Below, piece by piece: positions 1 to 18,189 of a DNA stretch of 64,000 bases (within the stretch, counting starts at the first letter, position 1; each line of letters opens with the position of its first letter). Below the pieces are notes generated by a model, which was not told the DNA's origin, did no database searches, and saw nothing but the letters and a program-made list of their open reading frames with translations. This stretch comes from the human T2T-CHM13v2.0 reference genome, Homo sapiens. The stretch lies in assembly GCF_009914755.1 (NCBI RefSeq), contig NC_060929.1. One strand, given 5' to 3'. The position numbers and the translations under genes are program-made.

Positions 1-724
1 CGTCCTTGATAATGGAAAAAAAGAATACATTGTTTTCAGAGCTTCAAGCACAAATCCAAATAAAGAGCAAACTCAGTATGTAATAATAATGCACAGCCCT
101 TTCATCGATGATTTATAATTATTTTGATTTTGTTGATCCCATCTGGGGGGACCAGATAAGCAAAATGAAGACCAATCATTTGGAAATCAATAGTTTCGCA
201 GCATGGTTAGTAAGTTGCTCTAAAATTAGTGCATAATCAACCAGAACACAATCAGTGTGATTGGTGAGGCAATGGCCAAAACTTGATTATGGCTTTTTTT
301 TTTCTGTGGCAAAATAAATGGAGAGTCAGGTCATAAATTCAATGTTGAAGGCTTTTCATAGCATCTAGTTGGATCAACTGCTTATTACTAATTATTCCTA
401 AATGATTACCTACCTTAGCTCTCTGCAATCTCAAATTGTTCTTCAATGGTATTTAATAAATCTGATGACAGAGAATGTGTTAACTCATGAAGCAGTTCCT
501 TCTGTTTTTAGACAGATGATTCTGATGGATGTGGACACATCCTGGAATGGAACACAAAACTGTTTCTTTGCATCTACCTCTCACAAAGTCCATATGGAAT
601 CATTGACCCTTTTTTCTTCTTCAGAAATGATGTGCAATTTTTAGTAATTTTAAAAATTATCCTTGGAGCTGATAATTTCATAGATAAAATAATCTAAGAA
701 ATTGTAAAACATGCTGCTGTTTTA

Positions 725-872
725 TAACAGCACTTTACTCACTGCACTGTTCTGCATCCTCCCAGACTGTGAGACATTCAATGGCAGGGTCTATGTTTCA
801 TTGATTGAAGTATCCCAGTGTTTAATAAAGTGCCTGCTATGTAATAAGCACAAATGTCTATTCCATTGAACT
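725..872 (+). mobile_element. L2 3'-end fragment
   Basis: agactgtgag...ggcagggtctatgt...tatcccagtg...gtgcctg resembles the L2 3' terminus. Confidence 0.6.
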
Positions 873-3052
873 AAACTATACATTTTCAAAAATATCCATT
901 TGAGTCCTGCTTTGTATAAAAAATGTCTGTTGGTAAATTTAATTTAACTCTAGTGCTATCGGTGTTTCACTTAAAGATATTTATATTATTTCTTTCATCT
1001 CCATTTGCTGTTTGTTGTTTCTTTCTTTTGAGGAATACTTTGGAATACATATTTATTTTGGAATATTTTGGCATATTTAGACTATTCTGGAAACCTCAGG
1101 TCATAAAGTTTTAGTTTCTTTTTATATGTCCTTTCTCTATATTTGTTCTTATTTATAGTCCCTTCTAAAATAAAAACTGTAGTTATGACTATCTTTTTCT
1201 GAAAAAGGAATTGCATTTACCCAAAAGTTTCCCTAAAGGGATTGTAATCATTGTCGTTGCTCTCCTAGAATCATTGTCTTTTCATCAAAAGCCTTCATAA
1301 AGTGATAAAATTACCATTAAAAATAACTGCATTAAAATGGAAAATAAAAATTCATACTCTCAAGGCAAGACAAGTAATGAGGAATTATCTATTTTGTTAA
1401 AGAATAATTTTATGTAATATAGATACAAAAAGAATTTTGATTGTAGTTTCTATTTTTTAAGGTAGATAATTAACTTTTTTAACCATATGATTTTTCTAAT
1501 CAGTTTGCATGGGAAACTGTGTTATGCAAGTCCATTTGGAGTAACTACAACTTGATCTCTTATTGATGATTCAGAACCATGGACATAAATTTCTTTTTAC
1601 CAATATTAAAGATTCTTATAAAAACCATGATAACATAATTTTTCTTTTAATTAGAACAGTTTTTACTCAATAAATTTTATTTTCATTTACTTATCAACCT
1701 TTTAGTCAATACCTACAATGTGTCTGCCACTCTTCTAGATCTTGAAGATACTGAAAGGAAGAAATTTATCCTGAAAATACCCACAGATTTGTGGAGAAAC
1801 AGCCATGGAAAGAAAAACATTACAACACAATATGACAGTCACCATAATATAGCTACTGTATTTATAAGATGGATGAGAGTATGAGGAAGATGCGCCTACC
1901 TTTGGACCAGAAAAGAAGGTCTTCATAGAAATAGGATTTGAGTTAAGAATGGAAATTAAGTAAACATAATAAATTATTTAGAGGTATAATAAAATGAAGT
2001 GTCTTTGAAGATCAATAAAATAATTTGGTAATATTGGGATGTAAGCTATGACAACGAGGGTGGAAAACTAGACAAAAGCTGATTCCACCTAAACATCTTT
2101 CAAATGAATACATATTTAATCCAATTCACAATAGCAAACAGCTGTAGAATATTGAGCAGAAATATAATATAATTAGAACTGAGTGCTCAATGCCACATTA
2201 ATTTCAGAGGAGTAACAATTGCACCACTGACAATAAGTCAATCTAGCTCAGCTCCAGTGATTTGTGATGCTTCCTGTTTGTTTTTCTTGGTTCCATGTCT
2301 TATTTGTGGTAACCAGCACTAGATTGATGAAATGTCTTATCTAGAAGCAAACATGACTATCATTTTAGCTGTTACACAATATTGCATGTATTACTTCTTT
2401 TGACCTTCTGTGAGCACATACCACTTATATTGTCATGCAATATGATTCAAGTAGACTTTCTTGAGCCCCAGTTTTCAGCTAATGCTTGTGTATGGAACTG
2501 ATGATGCCCACCTATCGAATATTCCAGACCAGAGTGCTGACATTGGAAGATAAATAGAAAGGTATTCAGACAACTAATTCTTATTTTTCCTGCCCAGAAT
2601 CCTGATTACAGTTTGCTTTAAAGATGACTATCACCAATGCCTGGGAGGAGATATGTCAGATGTGAAGTACCACTAATAAATTAAGGCAATATAGTTCTTC
2701 ACTTGTCAAAAGAACATGTAGATAAATTTGGGAATATCATGATATGTAGTTTTATCCATAACCATGAAGATTAAGTCCAAATTTCCAGTTAAGACCCAGA
2801 GATCATTTTCCAAATGTTCTGTTTCTCTGTGAGATCCTGCTAAGCCCTAATGGATTGGGTGCACTTGAAGTGAAGAGCACCTTAAATTATCGCCCAGAAA
2901 GTAGTTTTCCCTAAATGGAAACTTTTAATCATTTGAATTATTATTCTTTGTGTCATCTTGTCAACTTTTCATTGCTGATGATAGAATCTTGGACTTCACT
3001 ATGCACACACTTAAAAATATATTTTAAGATTTATTACTAAATATTACATATG

Positions 3053-6000
3053 TAGTCATACCTCATTTTATTATGCTTTACTTTATTCATTTTGCAGGTG
3101 TTATGTTTTTAGAAATTAAATGTTTGTGGCAATCCTGCGCTGGGCAGGGCTATCAGCCCCATTCCTCCCACATGTGCTTACTTTGTGTTTCTGTGTCACA
3201 TTTTGGTAATTCTTGCAATATATCCTTTTCAGCATGATTATATCTATTATGGTGACCTGTGATCAGTGATCATTGATGTTACTATTTCAATTGTTTGGGA
3301 CAACATGAACCATACCCATATAAGATGCACACTTAATAAATCAGTGTTCTATATGTTCTGACATCTCTACCAACCAGCCGTTCCTCCATCTCTCTCCCTC
3401 TCCTAGGGACTTCCTATTTCATGGACATGACAATATTGAAATTAGGCCAATTAATTCTACAATTGTTTCTAAGTGTTCAAGTGAAAGAGTCACACATCTC
3501 TCACTTTTAATCTTACACCACGTAGAAAAATTAATTCAAGATGGATTAATGGATTAAAGACTTAAATGTAAAAACTAAAACTATAAAAACCCTGGAAGAT
3601 AACCTAGGAAGCACCATTCTTGACATAGAACTTGGCAAAGATTTCATGATGAAGATACCAAATGCAATTGCAACAAAAGCAGAAACTGACAAATGGAATA
3701 TGGAATCTAATTAAACTAAAGAGCTTCTGCAAACAGCAAAACAAAACAAACAAACAAACAAAAAAAACCAGAGTGAACAGACAACCTACAGAATGGGAGA
3801 AAATTTTGCAAACTATGCATCCAACAAAGATCGAATACCAGAGCCTATAAGGAACTTAAACACATTTATAAGCAAAAAACAAATAACCCCATTAAAAAGT
3901 GGGCAAAGGACATGAACAGACACTTTTCCAAAGAAGACATACATGCAGCCAACAAGCATATGAAAAAATGTTCTACATCACTTATAATTAAATGAATGCA
4001 AGTCAAAACCATAATGAGATTCCATCTCATATCACTCAGAATAGCTATTAGTAAAAAGTCAAAAAATAACAGATGCTGGCAAGGTTGTAAAGAAAAGCGA
4101 ATGCTTATACACTGTTGATGGGAGTGGAAATTAGTTCAGCCGTTGTGGAAAGCAGTGTGGCAATTCCTCAAATAACTTAAAACAGAATTACTATTTGACC
4201 CAGCAGTCCCATTTGTGGCTATATACCCAAAATATTGGGTGTATACCCAAATATTGCTATATGTTTATCGCAGTAATATTCACAATAACAAAGACATAGA
4301 ATCAACCTAAATGTCCATCAATGGTAGATTTGATAAAGAAAATATGGTGCTTATATGCCATCCAATACTATGCAGTCATAAAAGTATAATGAGACCATGT
4401 ATTTTGCAGCGACATGGATAGAGCTGGAAGCCATTATCCTAAGCAAACTAACACAGAAACAGAAAAACACATACTGCATATTCTCACTTATAAGTGAGAA
4501 CTAAACAATGAGAACACATGAATACTAGGAGAGGAACAACAGATACTGGGGCCTACTTGAGGTTGGAGTATACCTATTAGGTATTATGCTTCTTACCTAG
4601 GTGAGGAAATTATCTGTATGTCAAATCCCTGTGTCACACAGTTTATATAACAAACTTGTACATGTACCCCTGAACCTAAAATAAAAGTTTTCTTAACTAA
4701 TCAAAAGCTAGAAATGGTTAAGCTTAGTGAGGAAGGCATGTTGAAAATCAAGACAGGCCAAAAGCTGGGAATTTTGTGCTGAACAGCCAAGTTGTGAATG
4801 CAAAGGAAAAGTTCTTAAAGAAATTAAAAGTGCTACTCCAGTGAGCACAAAAGTAATAAAAAAGCAAAACAGACTTATTGCAGATATAGGGAAAGTTTTA
4901 GTGGTCTGGATGTAAGATCAAACCAGCCATGACATTCTCTTAAGACCAAGGCTAATCCAGAGCAAGGTCCTAACTGTCTGCAATTCTATGAAGGCTTATA
5001 GTTGAAGAAGCTGTAGAAAAAAAAGAGAAACTTGCAGGGGTTGGTTCATGAAGTTTAAGAAAAAAAAATGCCATCTCCATAACATAGAAGTGCAAGGTAA
5101 AAGAGCAAGAGCTGATGTGGAAGCTGCAGCAATGATCCAGCATATCCAGCTAAAATAATTGAAGATGGCTATGCTAAACAACATATTTTCAATGCAGATG
5201 AAAAAGCCCTCTACTAGAAAAAAAATAACATTTAAGACTTTCATAACTAGAGAGACGTCAGTGCCTGGACTCAAAGCTTCAAAAAACATGCTGACTTGTT
5301 CAGAGCTAATGCTGCTGGTGATCTTCAACTAAAGCCAATGCTCACTTACCATTCTGAAAATATTGGTGCCCTTAAGAATGATGCTAAGTCAACTCTGACT
5401 GTGCTCTATAAATGAAATAACAAACCCTGGATGACAGCACATCTAGATACAGTATGATTAACTAAATATTTAAAGTCCAATTTTGAGACATACTGCTGAG
5501 AAAAAAAGATTTCTTTCAAAATATTACTGATCATTGACAATGCATCTAGTCACCAAAGAACTCTGATAGAAATAGAGGAGATTGGTGTTATTTTCATGCC
5601 TGCCAATGCAGCATTCATTCTGAAGCCCATGAATCAAGAAGTCATTTTGACTTTCAAGTCTTATTATTTAAGAAATTTAGTTTGTAAGTCTACAGCTGCT
5701 ATAGATAATGATTTTTTGATGGATCTGGGCAAAATATGTACTTTGAAAACCTTCTGGAAAGGTTTCACTGTTCTAGATGCCATTAAAAATAATTATGATT
5801 CATGGGAGAAGTCAAAATTTCAACATTAGCAGGAGTGGGAAAGTTGATTACAGTTCTCAAGGATGACCTTGAAGGGTTTAAGACTTTAGTAGAGGAAGTC
5901 ACTGAAGATGTGGTGGATATACCAAGAGAGCTAGAATAAGAAGTAGAGCCTGGAGATGTGACTGAATTGCTGCAATCTCATAACATTTGAATAGGTGAGG

Positions 6001-6607
6001 AGTTGCTTCTTATGAATGAGAAAAAAAGGTTGTTTTGCTTTTTTTTAGATAGAATATGCTCCTAGTGAAGATGCTGTGAACACTGTTGAAATGACAACAA
6101 AGAACATAGAGTATTACATAAACTGAGCAGATAAAATAGCAGTAGGATTGGAGACGTTTTACTCCAATTTTGAAAGAAGTTCTATTGTGGGTAAAATGCT
6201 ATCAAACAGCATTACGTGCTACATATTAATCTTTCATGAAAGGAAAAGTCATCGATTTGGCAAACTTCATTTTTGTCTTGTTTTAAAAAATTGCTGCAGT
6301 CTCAGTAACCTTCAGCAACCACCATCCAGGTCAGTTAGCAGCCATCAACACTGAGGCAAGTCCCTCCACCACCAAAAAGATTACAACTCACTGAAAGCTC
6401 AGATGATCATTAGTATTTTCATCAATAAATCACTTTTTAATCAAGGCATGTACAATTTAAAATAAAATACTATTATAAACAATATAATACAGCATAACAT
6501 AAACATGCACTGGGAGACCAAAATATTTGTGTGACTCACTTTCTTATGATATTTGCTTGAGTGCAGTGGTCTGTAACTAAATCTGCAATATCTTTGAGGT
6601 ATGTCTG
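3053..6607 (+). mobile_element. Tigger1 (TcMar-Tigger DNA transposon), near full length, decayed, split by an L1
   Basis: Degenerate TIRs tagtcatacctc (3053) and gaggtatgtctg+TA (6596-6609). Transposase remnants include ORF 5596-5829 (MPAN..ILKPMNQEVILTFKSYYLRN..LKTFWKGFT.LDAIKN). About 2.37 kb after removing the L1. Confidence 0.92.
3512..4690 (+). mobile_element. 5'-truncated L1PA15/16-like element inserted in Tigger1
   Basis: ORF2 C-terminal remnant ([21 protein letters not shown]) and 3' UTR ending catgtacccctgaacctaaaataaaagtt. Tigger1 resumes at taatcaaaagctagaa (4698). Confidence 0.88.
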
Positions 6608-6779
6608 TATATACTTATTGTGCTGAGTAAATTATAATTTTTTTGCTGAATACCATATCTAGTCCTCTAAGATAAAGTGTATCATTCTAAAACTTCCTTT
6701 CTCGATAGACAGTTATATAGACAGATACAAAATATAAGATATTATCAACTAATGTAGATATATCATTTTTGCTTGTAGG

Positions 6780-7270
6780 TTTTTGCTTTAAATAAATAGA
6801 ATCATCAAAATAGAGCAAACATATTACATTGCAACTTTTTTATTCATGTGACCATACCTTGACCAGTATTACAGTTTGGTAAATATAAAAGTAGCTATCA
6901 ATTTCTCTCCCTTTTTTTCTATAAAACAGCTTTGTATACTTTTATATAATTTGAAATCATTCATAAGTTGTTTAACTGCTTTTTTCCCCAGTTACAAAAA
7001 ATAATCCTCATCTTCTACTCTTTACTTTCCATCTCCCTCAGTTGTGCCCTCCTCCTCAAACTAATAATTTCTATAAATAGCTTGGGGTGCCTTCTATACT
7101 TATCTTCATGTTTATATAACAATATACAAAATTCATATTAACACACTCATACACATTAATAGTTAAGAAAAATTTGTTTGCTTCACTATATAAAGATAAC
7201 CCTACTACATATACTTTCCTGTACCTTAGTCTTTTTGCCCTTAAAAATACATTGTGAAAATGTCTTTAAA
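6780..7270 (-). mobile_element. Highly decayed old L1 (L1ME-like) 3' fragments
   Basis: Weak similarity to antisense L1M 3' UTR; similar material resumes after 21090. Confidence 0.35.
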
Positions 7271-8591
7271 ACTATATAGTGTGCTAACTGGCATCAACAA
7301 AATGGCAGAATGGGAATTCTTAGTGCTTGACCCCTCACAGAACCATCAATCTGAACAACCATCCATTAATAAAAATCCCTGCATGGGACCTAAGGAATCC
7401 AGATGAGAGATTACAGCACCTGAGTGTAGGGTGAAAATAAGAAAGGATGACACACTGAAGAGAGTGGGAAGGATTGTTTCACATTACCCATATCACCCTC
7501 CCTCCATGTTGGGAAAGGAGATTGAAGTCATCATTCAACTATGCCACAGACCCCAGCACCAGGCCCATTCAGTGAATCCTGGTGTGAAGCTGGTTCCAGT
7601 GGCCCCAGGATTTGGGTCTTTCCCAGTACCAGGGCAGCCCTGCAACAGCACCAGTCTACTGCCCACAGCCCCAAGCTCCAGACTAGCTCCTATGGACCAA
7701 GATTCTGTGTTGTTCTCAGAAGACCCAGACTCCAGAGGTTCAACTGCAGACTCAGGCTTAAGACTTACCCCAGTGTCAGATAGGTCCTCACAGTCCCAGG
7801 CACCAGACATTCCCACAGGATCCAGGGACCAGGCCTGCCCTAGTGGACCATGATGTCTGCCCAAACCGTACAGACTGAGAACACAGCCCCCCATCCCCCA
7901 CCGCTCCCAAAAGACTCAGGTTGAAGACCAGCTTCTGTGTACCCAGGCTTCAGCCTTGCCTCTATGAACATAGGCTCCAGGCCCCACCACATGTATCCAG
8001 GCAGTAGTCCTTTCCCTGTGGACCCAGGCATCAGAGCTGCACAGTCACTGACCCAGGCACAAGGCTAGCCCGCCTGAGAACTCCAGCAGCAAGCCCACCA
8101 GCATATCCCAATAGCTTGCCCATCCAGAACCTCTGGACAGGGTGACTGAGGAACAACTTGTCCTACTAAAGTCAGTATGTAAATATTGAAAAGGATGCCT
8201 AATTTTTTGAATACCCAGGCACCAGAGCAAGGATCACAAATCATCAGGGAAATATGACATCATCAAAGGAAAAAAAAATAAAGCACCAGTAACCAACCCT
8301 AAAGACATGGAGCTCTACAAATTGATGAATAAATCAAAGTAATCATCTTAGGTTAATTCAATGGGTTATAAGAGGAGAAAGACGAACAGTAAATAATATC
8401 AATAAAACAATACATGAACAAAATTAGAAGTTTAACAAAGAAATAGACAACATAAAGATGAACCAAACAAAAATTCCAGAACTGAGGAATACAATCACTG
8501 AGCTGAAAAATTCTTTAGAGAGCTTCAGGAGCAGACCTGTTAAAGCAGAAATAAAGAAAAACAGTGAAGACATATCAGTTGAAATTACCCA

Positions 8592-8899
8592 GGCCAGGAT
8601 TGGCGGCTTGTACCTGTAATTTCAGCACTTTAGGAGGCCAGACTGGGAGGATCATTCAAGGCCAGGAGTTTAAGACTAGCCTGGGAAACATAACAAGACC
8701 CCATATATACAAAAATTAAAAAAAAAAAATTCACCAGGCATGGTAGTGCATGCCTGTAGTCCTAGCTACCCAGGGAGCTAACACAGGAGTAATAACACCT
8801 GAGCTCAGGGGTTTGAGATTATGGTAAGCTATGGTTGTGTCTTTGCAGTCCAGCCTGGATAACAGCACAAGATTCTGTCTCCAAAACATGTTTTTTAAA
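8592..8899 (+). mobile_element. AluJ
   Basis: Diverged dimeric Alu (ggaggatcattcaaggccaggagttt). TSD gaaattaccca at 8581-8591 and 8900-8910. Confidence 0.9.
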
Positions 8900-10602
8900 G
8901 AAATTACCCAGTCAGAAAAATGTTAAGAAAAAATAATGAAAAGGAGTGAAGCAAGCCTATCAAACTTATAAGACACCATCAAGCACAGCAAAATCCACAT
9001 TATGGGAATCTCGGAAAGAGAAGATAGAAAGTACTGAAAGCTTATTCAAAGAAATAAAGAAATACTCCTAAATCTGTAGAAAAAAATGAACATTCAAATC
9101 TATGAGACACAGAAACCCCAAATGGATTAAATACAGGGAGATGTTTATCAAGACACCTTATAATCAAACTCTCAAAAGTCGGAGAGAATTTTCAAGGCTG
9201 CAAGGGAAAAATAATTCTTTACATCCAAGGGAATCCCTTAAGATTATCAGCAGACTTCTTAGCAGAAACCTCGCAGGCAAGAAAATAGTGGGATTACATA
9301 TTCAAATAGCTGAAAGAAGATGTCCTTCAGAAATGAAAGAGAAAAAAATGTTTTCCCAGAAAAACAAAACCTGAGAGAGTTCATCATGGCTAGACATATA
9401 AGAAATACTAAAAAGCATTCTTGAAGATGAAACAAAAGGATTATAACCAACAACATGAAAACATGAAGATATAAAACTCATTGTAAATGTAAGGATCTAG
9501 TACAAATCAGAAGACTCTAATACAGTAAGAGTGGTACATAAATCAATTTAAGCCTAGCATTAAAAGTAACTATAGCTTCAATAATTTGTTAATGGATATA
9601 TGATACAGAAAACATGTAAGTTGTAACATCAATAACATAAATGTGAGAAGAGGGAAAGTTAAAGTGTAGCATTTTTGTATATAATTTAAGTTCATTTGTT
9701 ATCAACTTAAAAAATTGACTGTCAGAACTATAAGATGTTTTAAGTAAGCCTACTTGTAATAACAAATTTTTAAAAATGGTAGAACACAAAAGGCAAAGAG
9801 AAAGGAGTCAAAATATAAATATATATATTTAAGTATATAAAATAATATCACTACAAAACAAATTATCAAATCACAAAGGAAGACAGTAAGAGAGGAAGTT
9901 GGAACTACAAAATAGAAAACAATCAACAAAATGCTGATCATAAGTACTTACTGTTCGTATCAATAGTTGCTTTAAATATAAATGAATTAAAGTATCCAAT
10001 CAAAAGACATAAAGTGACTGAAGATTTTTTAAAAAATCCAACTGTATGCTGCATTCAATAGACTCATTTTATCTTTAAGAACAACAGATTGAAAGTAAAG
10101 GAATAAAAAAACTTATGTCCTGCAATTGGTAATCAAAAGAGAGCATGATGGCTATACTTACATGAGACAAAATAGACTTTAAGTTAAAAACTTTCACAAG
10201 AGATAAAGAAAGTCATTATGTAATGAAAAAGACTTCAATTTATCAAGAAGATAATTATGTATGTAATTACATAACATACACAAACATATCCAAATCAGAG
10301 CACCTAAATAAATAAACTATAAGAAGAGCTGAATAAAGAAATAGACAGACAACCATACAACAACAGTAGGGAACTTCAATACCCCACTTTCAACAACGTA
10401 TAGAACACTTATATTGAAAACCAAATAGGAAACATTGTACTTGAACTTTACTATATAGCAAATGAGTTTAACAATCATACAGAACATTCCATCCAACAGC
10501 AGCAGAGTACATATTCTTTTCAAGTGCACATGGATCACTCTCCAGGATAGATCATATGTTGGTCCACCAAACAAGTATGAACAAGTTTAAGATTGAAATC
10601 AT

Positions 10603-14629
<4,027 letters not shown>

Positions 14630-16103
14630 AAAAAGCATACTCCTGAACAACCAATGGGTCAAGGAAGAAGTCAAATTAAAGGAAACAAAAATCTTAAGAC
14701 AAATGAACATGAAAACACATCATACCAGAGCTTATAGAGCAAGATTCCTAGAGGGAGGTTGTAGTGATAAATGCCTACATTAAGAAAAACCATCTCAAAG
14801 AGATGACTTATCTTTATCCCAAGGAATTAGAAAAAGAACAAAGCCCAAAATTAGCAAAAGAAGGAAAATAATGAAGATTAGAGCAGAAATAAATGATATA
14901 GAAAATAGTGTAAAATAACTATGAAACTGAGTTGGTTTTTGAAAAGATATGCAAAACTGCCAAACCTTTAGAGTATTTAAGAAAAAGACACAGAAGCCTA
15001 AAATAAATAAAGTTACAAATTAAAAAGAGACATTGCAAGTGATAGCACAGAAATGAAAGGGATCATAAAAAAGTGCAATGAGCAATTATACACCAACAAA
15101 TTGGATAACTCGAAAGACATGGATAAATTCCTAGGAACATATAATCTACCAAGTCTGAATCATGAGGAAATGGAAAATCTGAACAGACCAATAATGAGGG
15201 AAAAGATGGAATAGTAAACAAAAATCTTCCAACAAAGAAACGCTGAGGACAAGATGACTTCACAAGTGAATTCTACGATCTTTCTCAAATTCTTCTAAAA
15301 AGTTAAAAAGAAGGGAACACTACAAAAGTCACTTTATGAGGTCAGCATTACTCTAATACCAAAGCCAAACAAGGACATTATAAGAAAAGCAAATTAAAGG
15401 TAATATCCCTGATGAATACAGATGCAGAAATCATCAACAAAGTGCTATCAAATCAAACTCAATAGCACATCAAAATGATAACACTCATAATCAAATTGTA
15501 CGTATCTCTGGAATACAATGACTTTTCAACATGGACAAGTCAATGAATGTGATAGACTACATTAACAGGGTAAAGGAAAAAGCTATATGATCATCTCAAC
15601 AGATGCAGAAAAACATTTGACAAATTCAACATCCTTTCATGACAAAAACTCTCAACAAATTGGAGAAGAAGTGTATCTCAACATAATAAAGGGCATGTAT
15701 GATAGCCCCACAGTTCACATACTTAATCATAAATAGCTGAAACATTTTACTGTAAGATTAGGAGTAAGAAAAGGATGCCTGCTCTTGTCACGTCTATTCA
15801 GCATAGTATTAGAAGTCCTAGCAAGAATAATTAGGCAATAAAAAGAAATAAAAGTTACCTGAGTCAGAGAAGAAATAAAATAGTCTCTGTATGCAGATGA
15901 TGTGATTTTATATGTAGAGAAAACACTTAAGATGCAACTAAAATTTGTTAGAATAAATGAATTCAGTAAAGTTGCAGGATACAAAATTAGCATATGAAAA
16001 CAATTTCCCTTATAAATACTAACAGTGAACTATCTAAAAAAGAAATTAAGAAAACAATCTGTTGTAGCTTCAAAAAAAAAAAATACTTAGAAATAAGGAG
16101 GTA

Positions 16104-16418
16104 GGCCAGGCGTGGTGGCTCACGCCTGTAATCCCAGCACTTTGGGAGGCTGAGGTTGGTGGATCACGAGGCCAGGAGTTCAAGACCAGCTTGGCCAACA
16201 TAGTGAATCCCCATCTCTACTAAAACTACAAAAAAATTAGCCAGGCATGGTGGTGCATGCTTTTAGTCCCAGCTACTCGGAAGGCTTAGGCAGGAGAATC
16301 ACTTGAATCCACCAGGAAGGTGGAGGCTGCAGTGAGCCGAGATCACTCCACTGCATTCCAGCTTGTGCAACAGAGTGAGAATTCGTCTCACAAAAAAAAA
16401 AAAAAAGGAAGAAGAAGA
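16104..16418 (+). mobile_element. AluS (Sg-like)
   Basis: ggatcacgaggccaggagttcaagaccagc; A then (GAA)n tail. TSD agaaat(a/g)aggaggta at 16089-16103 and 16419-16433. Confidence 0.93.
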
Positions 16419-18189
16419 AGAAATGAGGAGGTAAAAAATTATTATATTGAAAACTATAAAACTTTGATGAAAGGAATTAAAGAAGAGAAACAAATGGTAA
16501 GATGTCCTGTGTCCATGGATTGGAAGAAATAATACTGCAAAAATATCCATACTACTATCTAAATGAATCTACACATATAATAGACTTCCTATTTTAATTC
16601 CAATGGCATTTTTCACAAGAATAGAAAAAAATCCTGAAATTAATATGAAGCCACAAAAGACCCATAATAGCCAAATAAATCTTGACCAAAAGAACAATGC
16701 TAGAGGCATTACACTACCTGAATTCAAAACACATTTCCAATCTGTAGAACTCAAAGAATATGATATTGGCATAAAAATAGACATATAGGACAATGGGACA
16801 AAATTGCCCAGAAATAAAACCACTTATATTTGGCAAACGTTCCAGGAACATACAATGAGGAAAGGATTATCTCTTCAATAAATGATGCTGAGGAAACTGG
16901 ATATCTACATGTAAAAGAAAGGAACTGGACAATAATCTCATACCATACACAAAAAAAATCAACCCAAAATGGATTGAAGAGTTAAACGTAAGACCTAAAA
17001 CTACTAGAAGAAAACACAGAGAATAAATTGTTGACTTTGATTTGGGCAATGATTTGTTAAAATATTACACCAAAAGCACAGGCAACAATAGCAAAAATAA
17101 GCAATGGGATTGTATCAACCTGTAAAGCTGTTGTACAGCAAAGGAAACAATCAACAGATTGAAAAGACAAGCTATGAAATGGGAGAAAATATTTTCAAAC
17201 CATGTATCTAGTAAAGAGTTAAAATCCAAAATATGTAGGCAACCCACACAACTCAATAACTAGAAAATAAGCAACCCAATTAAAAATGGGTAAAGAACCT
17301 CAACAGGCATTTCTCAAAAGAAGAAATACATTTTCCAATAGGTATTTTAAAAAATGCTCAACATCACTAATTATGCTGGAAATACAAATCAAAATCACAA
17401 TGAGGTGTCATCTTATACTTGCTAGGATGGCTATTATCAAAGTTATTAAGGATAAATATTTATAAGAAGAAAAGGAAATCCTTGTACACTGCTGTTAGGA
17501 ATGTAAATTAATACAGCCATTATAGAAAACAGTTTATAGTTTCCTCAGAAAATTAAAAATAGAAGTTTCATATGCTCTAACTATCCCACTTCTTGGTATA
17601 TATCTAAAGGAAATTAAATCAGTATATCAAAGAGACATCTGCATTCCCATGTTCATTGCAGCATTTTTCACAATTATCAAGATAGGAAAATAACCCACAT
17701 GCCCATTGAAGGGTAACTAGATCAAGAAAATTCAAACTTTAAAACATGAAAATTCTGTCATTTGTGACAACATAGATAAATGTAGAAGACATTATACTAA
17801 GTGAACTAAGCCAGGCACAGAAAGACAAACACTATATATGGAATATAAAAATGTCAAAATCATAGAGGCAGAGAGAAGAATGGTAGATGCCAGTAGCTGA
17901 GGGATAATGGAAATGGAGAGATGTTAGTCAAATGTAATAAGTTTCAGTTATGCAGGATAAAAAAGTTCTAGAAATCTAATATACAGCATGGTGGCTAAAG
18001 TTAATAATACCATATTACACACTTGGAATTTATTAAGTGATTAGATCTTAAATATTAACACACACATGATAACTATGTGAGATGATAGATGTGTTTATCA
18101 GCTTGATTTTAGTAATCAGTTCACTATGTATACATATACCAAATATCATGTTATATACATTAAATATTTAATATTTTATTTGTCAATTA

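Noticed and set aside
170-360. ONECUT-like aaatcaata and CCAAT-like tgattgg motifs as a promoter
   Set aside because: Short motifs are expected by chance in AT-rich DNA; no CpG island or downstream exon.
4700-6360. Domesticated Tigger transposase (TIGD/CENP-B-like) gene
   Set aside because: Many stops and frameshifts; only fragments under 80 aa remain on the coding strand.
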